From Candidatus Latescibacterota bacterium (GTDB lineage Bacteria; Latescibacterota; UBA2968; GCA-2709665): a stretch of DNA of 64,000 nt. The notes below the pieces were generated by a model. It did not search any database, had not been told where the DNA came from, and saw nothing but the letters and a program-made list of their open reading frames with translations. The translations under genes were made by a program, and so were the position numbers. Below are positions 57,689 through 64,000 of this stretch, in pieces; within the stretch, counting starts at the first letter, position 1; each line of letters opens with the position of its first letter. The DNA lies in assembly GCA_965219995.1 (NCBI GenBank), contig CBDCOX010000002.1, positions 3,200,001 to 3,264,000 on the forward strand. The letters run 5' to 3'.

Positions 57689-57708
57689 AATCCCCCCTCA
57701 AGCTATTA

Positions 57709-57848
57709 AGAAGCGGTGAGACGTAAGAGGGTAGACGGTAGATGACGTCCGTGCCCGATTGGTTCTTCCTTTCTGCCTGCGGCAAGAGATGATACCGAAC
57801 AGGCATTCAAATCATCTCCCGTCTCACGTCTTACGTCTACCCGCCTTT
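57709..57848. repeat. Single complete heptamer-arm element with reversed core I
   Basis: AGAAGCGGTGAGACGTAAGAGGGTAGACGGTAGATGA...TCATCTCCCGTCTCACGTCTTACGTCTACCCGCCTTT. Confidence 0.9.
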
Positions 57849-57857
57849 ATTCGCTTT

Positions 57858-59447
57858 TCATCGAAACATCGGCGCCGCGGCCGGTTCGATCGCCACGTTC
57901 ACGCACGCGGGAAGGCCGGACGCCACCGCGCCGTTCAGCGCGGCCGGGAGATCCGCCGCCCTGTCCACAAACGCGCCGAACCCCCCCAGCGCTTCCGCCA
58001 CCCGATCGTACCTGGTCGCGAGCAAATCGCACGCCACGGTGCGATCTGCGCCGTAGGTTTCGACCTGGAGTTGATGCTCTGCGTTCCACCTTGCGTCGTT
58101 GCCTACGATGACGACAACCGGAAGCCCGCAGCGCAATGCCGTGTCCAGTTCGATCGCATGATAACCGAATGTCCCGTCCCCCAGCAACACGAATACCGTC
58201 CTGTCCGGATGCGCCAGCCTTGCCGCCAGACCCATAGGGAGCGCACTCCCGATGGCGCCGGACGGCCCGTTGATCAACCGGGTCTCCGCCGCCAGTCCCG
58301 CCTGGGCCCACTGGCCGAACTCCCCGCCGTCGCTCACAAATACCGCCCCGGAGTCCAGGAACGGCTGCACCGCCTCGCAAACGGCCAGCGGATGCAAGCG
58401 GCCGGCCGTCCTCCGCGACAGGCCGTTCCAATCAGCCGGCACGGCGCTCAGCAAGTCTTCCACTTCCGACCGCCACGTCCCGGTATTCCACGACCGCTCG
58501 GACGCCCCGGCCGAAAGCCGCCGCGTCGTTTGCCACGGGTCAGCGCAAGAGCGCAGCGCCACGCAGGCGTCGTCGCGCAACTCGCTCTGTTCAGCGTCGA
58601 TCTGGATGAAACGTCGCTGTTCGAAAAAGAAAGGCGGCTGGCCGAATCGCAGTGAAAAATCCAGCTTCTTGCCCAGGAGCAGCACGACGTCGGCCTTCGC
58701 CAGACACGCCGTCGCCCGTCGAAGCGCGGGATCGTTCACGCCCCGAGGGCTTTCCATGGGCAGCGCGGGAATTCCCGTTATTTCCACCAGCTCCTGTACA
58801 GCCGTCCAGCGCTGCCCCCGCGTCATCGCGGGCCCGGCCAGAATCAGCGGCCGCTCCGCGTTCCCCAGCAGATCCAGCACGGCGTCCGGATTGGCGTCCG
58901 CCACGTCCTCCGTCCGTTCGAGCTGCGCAGCATTCGTACCTGGCGCCGATGCCTCCAGGACATCGGACGGCAAGCTCAGGTGCACCGGACCGGGCCGTCC
59001 GGATACGGCCAACCCCAGCGCTCTCGACAGGCCGCTCGCCAGATCTTCACGTCTCTCCACCCGCCAGGATGCCTTGGCCACGGGACGCGCGGCCGCCGCC
59101 TGGTCCATCTCCTGGAACGCTCCCCTCCCGATCTGCGCCTCGGGACAATGTCCGCTCAGCATCACCACGGGAGACTCCGCCATCAACGCCACGTAGAGCG
59201 CCGACAGCCCGTTGCAATGACCGGGGCCCGCCGTCAGCAGCGCGATGCCGGGCTCGCCGGTCAGCCGTCCCCAACCGTCCGCCATATGCACCGCCGCTGC
59301 TTCATGCCGGGTGTGGATCAGTTCGATGTCCCGACCGATGGTCGCATCGTAAACCGAGAGGATCTGATTGCCCGACAGCGAGAACAGATGTCTCACTCCG
59401 GCCGCCATCAACCCTTCGACGAGCGCCTCCGCGCCGGTTATTGACAT
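57858..59447 (-). CDS. Thiamine pyrophosphate-binding enzyme (acetolactate synthase-like)
   Basis: TRHEAAAVHMADG, TAGPG, GRPGPVHLSLP, GDGTFG...GND. Confidence 0.92.
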   Translation of the reverse strand: MSITGAEALVEGLMAAGVRHLFSLSGNQILSVYDATIGRDIELIHTRHEAAAVHMADGWGRLTGEPGIALLTAGPGHCNGLSALYVALMAESPVVMLSGHCPEAQIGRGAFQEMDQAAAARPVAKASWRVERREDLASGLSRALGLAVSGRPGPVHLSLPSDVLEASAPGTNAAQLERTEDVADANPDAVLDLLGNAERPLILAGPAMTRGQRWTAVQELVEITGIPALPMESPRGVNDPALRRATACLAKADVVLLLGKKLDFSLRFGQPPFFFEQRRFIQIDAEQSELRDDACVALRSCADPWQTTRRLSAGASERSWNTGTWRSEVEDLLSAVPADWNGLSRRTAGRLHPLAVCEAVQPFLDSGAVFVSDGGEFGQWAQAGLAAETRLINGPSGAIGSALPMGLAARLAHPDRTVFVLLGDGTFGYHAIELDTALRCGLPVVVIVGNDARWNAEHQLQVETYGADRTVACDLLATRYDRVAEALGGFGAFVDRAADLPAALNGAVASGLPACVNVAIEPAAAPMFR

Positions 59448-59496
59448 GGAATGCTTCCTTCCTTAGCCCGTTGCGCGGGCGCACAACCCGATCAGG

Positions 59497-60720
59497 CTAC
59501 ATTCCCGGACCCGGACGCATCGGCTCGAACCTGCCCCTGATCAGCGCGTTCATCTCACGCGCCCTGCGGAACGTCTCCGCGACTTCCTCTTTCAGGTCTT
59601 CCGGCCTGTAGACCGTACCCTTGCGAACCGTCGCCACCGGCTGAATCATACGCGCGCCCATCTCCAGGTTGTCCGCGACATCCCGAAACTCGAACGCGCC
59701 TTCCCGGACCTCGAACGCCGCCAGGTCCGCCACGGTCCCCACCTTCAACGTTCCCAGTTCGTCGTCCCGGCCGATCGCCGCGGCCGGCGCCGCCGTTGTC
59801 TGGTAGACGACCTCCGGAAGCTCCATTCCGAGGTTCAGCATCTTGGATGCCGTTTCGGGCAGGCTGTGAACCGGATCGTTCAGACAGTGTACGTGCAGAT
59901 CCGTGCTGATCACGTCGGAAGGGAACCCCTGCGCAAGGGCTTTCCTGGCAACTTCGAACAGGAAACTGCCGCCGCCGTGGCCCAGGTCGAACAGGACACC
60001 CCGTTCCCGTGCCTCCCACACCTCGGGAATAACCGTCTCCTCGTTACCGAGGATGGTATCACCGCCGCCATGATAGCAGTGGGTGACGATATCGCCCGGC
60101 CGGACCTCACCCAGCACATCCGGAAGCGGAACGCCTGCACCGGCGTGTACCATCACCCTGGAATTCGAGAACTCGGCGGCTTTCACCGCGAGCTTCAGTG
60201 GCGCAACGCCGTTTTCGCCCACCTGGTGTCTGCCCTCGCGCACCTTCACGCCCACGCAGAGTTCCGGCCACGTACCAATCACATATGCCGTGCGTTCCGG
60301 GTCCGCGTACCTCATGTCCACCATTTCACCCACGGGTCCATAGGTCAATCCGATGCCGCTGATATGCACGAAGGTCAGGACCTGCGTCCGCGCGGGCGCC
60401 GCCACGTAGTCTCTGAAACCCATGAAGTTCGCCCATCCCGGACTGCCAGCATCCACGACCGTGGTCACGCCCGTCGCCAGGCACAGCGCGTCCGCCCGGA
60501 TGCCCCAGGTGGTCGCCCCGGCATAGATGTGGGTGTGGATATCGATCCAGCCCGGTGTCAGAATCTTTCCGGCGAGATCAACCGTCTCTCTGGCGGGCTC
60601 GGCAATCTCCTTCTCAACAGCGGCGATCGATTCACCGCTGACCGCCACGTCATACACCCCGTTCAATCCCTGGGCGCCGTCAATCACGGTGCCGCCTTTC
60701 AGCACCAGGTCGTAGACCAT
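59497..60720 (-). CDS. Amidohydrolase/deacetylase family metallohydrolase (dihydroorotase-like)
   Basis: PGWIDIHTH, GVTTVVDAGS, GVKVR, MVH, THCY, GHG.GSF, ISTD. Confidence 0.92.
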   Translation of the reverse strand: MVYDLVLKGGTVIDGAQGLNGVYDVAVSGESIAAVEKEIAEPARETVDLAGKILTPGWIDIHTHIYAGATTWGIRADALCLATGVTTVVDAGSPGWANFMGFRDYVAAPARTQVLTFVHISGIGLTYGPVGEMVDMRYADPERTAYVIGTWPELCVGVKVREGRHQVGENGVAPLKLAVKAAEFSNSRVMVHAGAGVPLPDVLGEVRPGDIVTHCYHGGGDTILGNEETVIPEVWEARERGVLFDLGHGGGSFLFEVARKALAQGFPSDVISTDLHVHCLNDPVHSLPETASKMLNLGMELPEVVYQTTAAPAAAIGRDDELGTLKVGTVADLAAFEVREGAFEFRDVADNLEMGARMIQPVATVRKGTVYRPEDLKEEVAETFRRAREMNALIRGRFEPMRPGPGM

Positions 60721-60779
60721 AGCCTCGATTCCTTGTTCGAAATGCCGGTACTCCCGCGCCTGTTCGGGATCCGGTGGTT

Positions 60780-61514
60780 TCACCGGTGCATGACGGTATG
60801 GAACCGCTTCAGCAGCAAAGCCGCGGCCAGTCCGTTTGCCGCAAGTCCTCCCAGTCCGTACCAGGCGTATCCTTCTCCGGACGCAACCAGCCAGAACATC
60901 TTCATCGGCCAGTAGGCAGGCACCAGACCCGCGAGAAGCTGCCAGTCGGACACCACAAAAAAAGCGATCACGGGAATCATGGTGATCGCGTTCAGGATCT
61001 TTACGAAAGCGAACCCGGTTACCTTGTTCTCCGCGAAACCCGCCAGTGCGAGCGCGGTCATCGGGGCATTGAACGAAGCCAACAGCGATACCGCCGTCAG
61101 ATCGGACAACGAGACCGGCATCAGACCGATCAGGCGATAGCCGGCAATGGTAACGACGAAACCGGACATCAGTGGAATCGTGATCCTGTAGGCCAGATAC
61201 CCGGCCGCCGACGCGGGTGTGACCATCAGGGCCGTCAGCATCCGGTCGTCCCGCTCGTCCAGCAGAAGAAAACCGATCACCGTGCCGATCATCCCCGGGG
61301 CCGTCATTACGTAAATGCTCATCAGCAGTGGGTAATACGGCTTCAGATCAAACGCATAGCCTTCCAGCAACCAGCTGGCCAGCGGCGGCAGGCCGAATCG
61401 ATACAGGGCGGCGATCAGCAACGGCATGGCGGCCATCCAGGCCAACAGCCTGTCGCGCTTCACATTCTTGAAATCAACCCAGCCGAGGGATCGATAGGCA
61501 GCCAGAATCTGCAA
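60780..61514 (-). CDS. ABC-2 type exporter permease
   Basis: Six hydrophobic segments; LLDERDD..L.AL.VTP; NKVTG. Confidence 0.85.
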   Translation of the reverse strand: MQILAAYRSLGWVDFKNVKRDRLLAWMAAMPLLIAALYRFGLPPLASWLLEGYAFDLKPYYPLLMSIYVMTAPGMIGTVIGFLLLDERDDRMLTALMVTPASAAGYLAYRITIPLMSGFVVTIAGYRLIGLMPVSLSDLTAVSLLASFNAPMTALALAGFAENKVTGFAFVKILNAITMIPVIAFFVVSDWQLLAGLVPAYWPMKMFWLVASGEGYAWYGLGGLAANGLAAALLLKRFHTVMHR

Positions 61515-61529
61515 GTACCTGTACTCCGT

Positions 61530-62240
61530 CTATGCGCCCGCTTCACGGACGACAAACCGGGTAAACCGCCGCCGTGCAATGGCAAAGCCGACACCGGTCC
61601 ATGCGATCGCCGCCGCGATCGAAAGAACCGTCTCCACGATGCCGGTCGGACGAAATGCCGCCCGCATCAGTTCCATGGCCGGCTCCAACGGATGAAAAAC
61701 GAAGATCGACCGGTCCGCCAGTCCGAAATGCGGCAGCAGAGGCAGAAGCAGCGCCGTCACGTAGAGGACGGAAGGAATCAGGAACGCGTTGATCGAACCA
61801 TACCGCACAACCACGATAAACCCCGCCAACGAGTAAATCGCCCCCATCACGAATGCGCCCGCCAGCAATGGCGCCCAGTTTCCGCGGACTCCCAGAACGA
61901 CCACGACGATCAACAGGCTCTCCACGATCGCCAGCAGCGTCAATGAAACGACCTTCGAGACCAGGTACTCCAGGTCTCGAAGGGGCGTTGCCGCCAGCGT
62001 GGCCAGGATGCCCTCGCTCTTCTCGATCAGAACCAGACCGCTGATGAAGTAAAACGTCGTTACATAGAGGTTGATTGCGAAAAATGCCGGCACGACGACA
62101 CCGGCATCCGCTCGACCGATTCCAGGTATCAGGCTGAACAGCGCTCCCCAGAATATCACCATGCCGACGCCAACCGCATAGAACCTATATCTGTACTGCA
62201 ACATCGCATCCCAGCGGAGAACCGAAAACAGGCGTCTCAT
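61530..62240 (-). CDS. ABC-2 type exporter permease
   Basis: LQYRY.FY, VLIEKSEG.L..L..TP....YLVSK. Confidence 0.85.
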   Translation of the reverse strand: MRRLFSVLRWDAMLQYRYRFYAVGVGMVIFWGALFSLIPGIGRADAGVVVPAFFAINLYVTTFYFISGLVLIEKSEGILATLAATPLRDLEYLVSKVVSLTLLAIVESLLIVVVVLGVRGNWAPLLAGAFVMGAIYSLAGFIVVVRYGSINAFLIPSVLYVTALLLPLLPHFGLADRSIFVFHPLEPAMELMRAAFRPTGIVETVLSIAAAIAWTGVGFAIARRRFTRFVVREAGA

Positions 62241-63091
62241 TTCAGCGCTCTCCCGGTCACCTGGACGAAGATATCCTCCAGCGTGGTCTCCTGGGTATGC
62301 ATCGTCTGAATGGACGCGGCGCGCAGGATTTCCATAAACTCCGGTTGATCCGCCAGACCGTCCAGAGGGAATTCCGCCCGCTCGAGGCTGTCGTCGGCAA
62401 CGTATTCCACGCGCAGCGTACGCCGGCCGTACCGCAGCTTTAACGCGCGCGGCGCGTCGACAAGCCGGATGCCGCCGTCCACGAGAAACGCCACGCGATC
62501 GCAAAGTTCATCCGCCACGGCCATATCGTGGGTTGTCAGGAATACCGTGGCGCCCGTATCACGCTGTTCCCGTACCAGGTCCCGGATCCGGCGGCTGCTC
62601 ACCGGGTCCAGGCCCGCCGTGGGTTCATCCAGAAAAAGGACTTCCGGTCTGTTCAACAGCGCCCGCGCGAAGTTCAACCTCCCGCGCATGCCCCTCGAAA
62701 ACTGCCCCACGCGTTTGTCGCCGTCTTCCTCGAGCCCCACCAGATCCAGAAGGCGCCGTGGAGTTTCCGTTTGTACTGTGTAGAGCGTACGGAAATAACG
62801 GAGATTCTCCAGGGCCGTTAATTTCAAATAGTGATTGGGAACCTCGAACGAGACCCCGATCCGCTCGTAGTAACTGTTGTCCCAGGTTCCGAGATCCCGC
62901 TCGAAGATCAGAACCCGGCCGGTGTATTCCCGAAGAAGCCCGATCAGCACTTTCTGAGCCGTACTCTTGCCGGCACCGTTGGGGCCGAGGAAGCCGAAAA
63001 TCTCCCCCTTCTCAACCTTGAAGTCAATGGAGCGCACCGCCGGCGCCGGCGCGCCCGGATAGACGTAGGTCAAACCCTCGGCTTCAATCAT
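62237..63091 (-). CDS. ABC transporter ATP-binding protein
   Basis: GPNGAGKST, FSRGM, LFLDEPTAGLDP, TTH. Confidence 0.95.
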   Translation of the reverse strand: MIEAEGLTYVYPGAPAPAVRSIDFKVEKGEIFGFLGPNGAGKSTAQKVLIGLLREYTGRVLIFERDLGTWDNSYYERIGVSFEVPNHYLKLTALENLRYFRTLYTVQTETPRRLLDLVGLEEDGDKRVGQFSRGMRGRLNFARALLNRPEVLFLDEPTAGLDPVSSRRIRDLVREQRDTGATVFLTTHDMAVADELCDRVAFLVDGGIRLVDAPRALKLRYGRRTLRVEYVADDSLERAEFPLDGLADQPEFMEILRAASIQTMHTQETTLEDIFVQVTGRALK

Positions 63092-63657
63092 GAAACGCTC
63101 GCCCTGCGGAATTCCGGTTCAACCTGAATACGTTCTCTCTCCGCGCCCGCTTTCGTCAGATATTTCTGAAAGAACTCCCGTGTCGAGAGGCCGGATTCCC
63201 TGTATACACGCTCGAGGTCGATCCGGTCCACCTCGGCCCCCCACGGCCAGATCCGGTCCTGAAGACAGACCACGCCGCTGACCCCGTCGAACGCATCCTG
63301 AATCCACCGGCGGTGCCACCAGACAAAGGGTTCCGGCAGGTGTTGAGGCGAATGAAAACCGGTTTCGATAACCTCCTCCGGTTGCGGTTTCAAACCCTGG
63401 CTTCGAGGAACGGCGGCGAAGACAATCGAATGATTGCCACCTTCACGCCACCTGGGGCTGGAATAGATCCCCACCAGCCGCGTCAACTCGATTTCGATCC
63501 CGGTTTCCTCCCTGACCTCCCGGATTGCCGTTTCGGCAATGGTCTCTCCCGGCTCGCTATTCCCGCCCGGAAGGGCCCAGGCATCGCAGTCCTTCCGTTT
63601 GATCAGCAGCACATTGCCCGAAGCACTGACAACCGCGCTCGCTCCGATCGTCGGCAT
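63088..63657 (-). CDS. NUDIX hydrolase
   Basis: PGG..EPGET..ETAIREVREETG Nudix box; AAGGAG RBS. Confidence 0.93.
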   Translation of the reverse strand: MPTIGASAVVSASGNVLLIKRKDCDAWALPGGNSEPGETIAETAIREVREETGIEIELTRLVGIYSSPRWREGGNHSIVFAAVPRSQGLKPQPEEVIETGFHSPQHLPEPFVWWHRRWIQDAFDGVSGVVCLQDRIWPWGAEVDRIDLERVYRESGLSTREFFQKYLTKAGAERERIQVEPEFRRASVS

Positions 63658-63728
63658 ACTGTCTCCTTAATAACATGCCACTCAAGACACTCCCTGACTC
63701 CACAGCCAACACAGGAGGCGTACTCCGG

Positions 63729-64000
63729 TCAATTCCGCCGGAAATGCGGATGTTGCATCACCTCCTGCTCCGCCTCTGTCATATCCAGAATATAATCGGG
63801 ATACGTTACCGTATGCGCGCCCGCCCCGTACGCCTGGAATGAGGGACTGAACTTGTACAGCAGGGCCCGCCGTTGATGGTCGGCCGTCCACGGCAGCGTC
63901 CCGTGGGTCAGCGTCTCCGCAAAAATCACCACGTCGCCGGCGTTCCCGTTGACCTCCACCACGTGTTCCTGGTATTTCTCACCCCGAGTCAACTCCCTCG
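63729..64000 (-). CDS. Phytanoyl-CoA dioxygenase (PhyH) family protein, C-terminal part
   Basis: AGDVVIF.ETLTHGTLPW...RRALLYKFSP; runs off the window end. Confidence 0.85.
   Translation of the reverse strand, partial: RELTRGEKYQEHVVEVNGNAGDVVIFAETLTHGTLPWTADHQRRALLYKFSPSFQAYGAGAHTVTYPDYILDMTEAEQEVMQHPHFRRN

Noticed and set aside
60780-63657. Fluoroquinolone resistance locus
   Set aside because: The ABC-2 trio resembles that exporter family, but substrate cannot be inferred from sequence and the arrangement is ordinary

Overview
GC-rich bacterial chromosomal window with about 50 protein-coding genes, mostly on the minus strand. I see no rRNA, tRNA, CRISPR array, transposase or integrase. Gene content (BNR/sialidase-like proteins, a heparinase II/III-like protein, Gfo/Idh/MocA and enolase-superfamily enzymes, a PhyH dioxygenase, TPR proteins, several toxin-antitoxin modules, outer-membrane channels) suggests a diderm, probably uncultured and possibly host-associated heterotroph; this is inference only. 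Product calls come from motifs recognised by eye, not from database searches. Main points of interest: (1) five tandem lipoprotein genes (34194-41609) share an unrecognised ~140-aa N-terminal module joined at a fixed boundary to interchangeable solute-binding domains, with no ABC permease nearby; (2) a dense family of modular intergenic repeats has heptamer-built inverted arms and swappable cores, brackets TA modules and supplies two stop codons; (3) an operon combines a porin, a binding protein, an output-less HAMP protein and an MFS antiporter, near an NCS2 permease fused to a degenerate anti-sigma-kinase-like domain; (4) there is an orphan RamAB-like heterodimeric exporter, an internally deleted hicA, a complete sigma54 promoter with paired enhancer palindromes, and a candidate sRNA.
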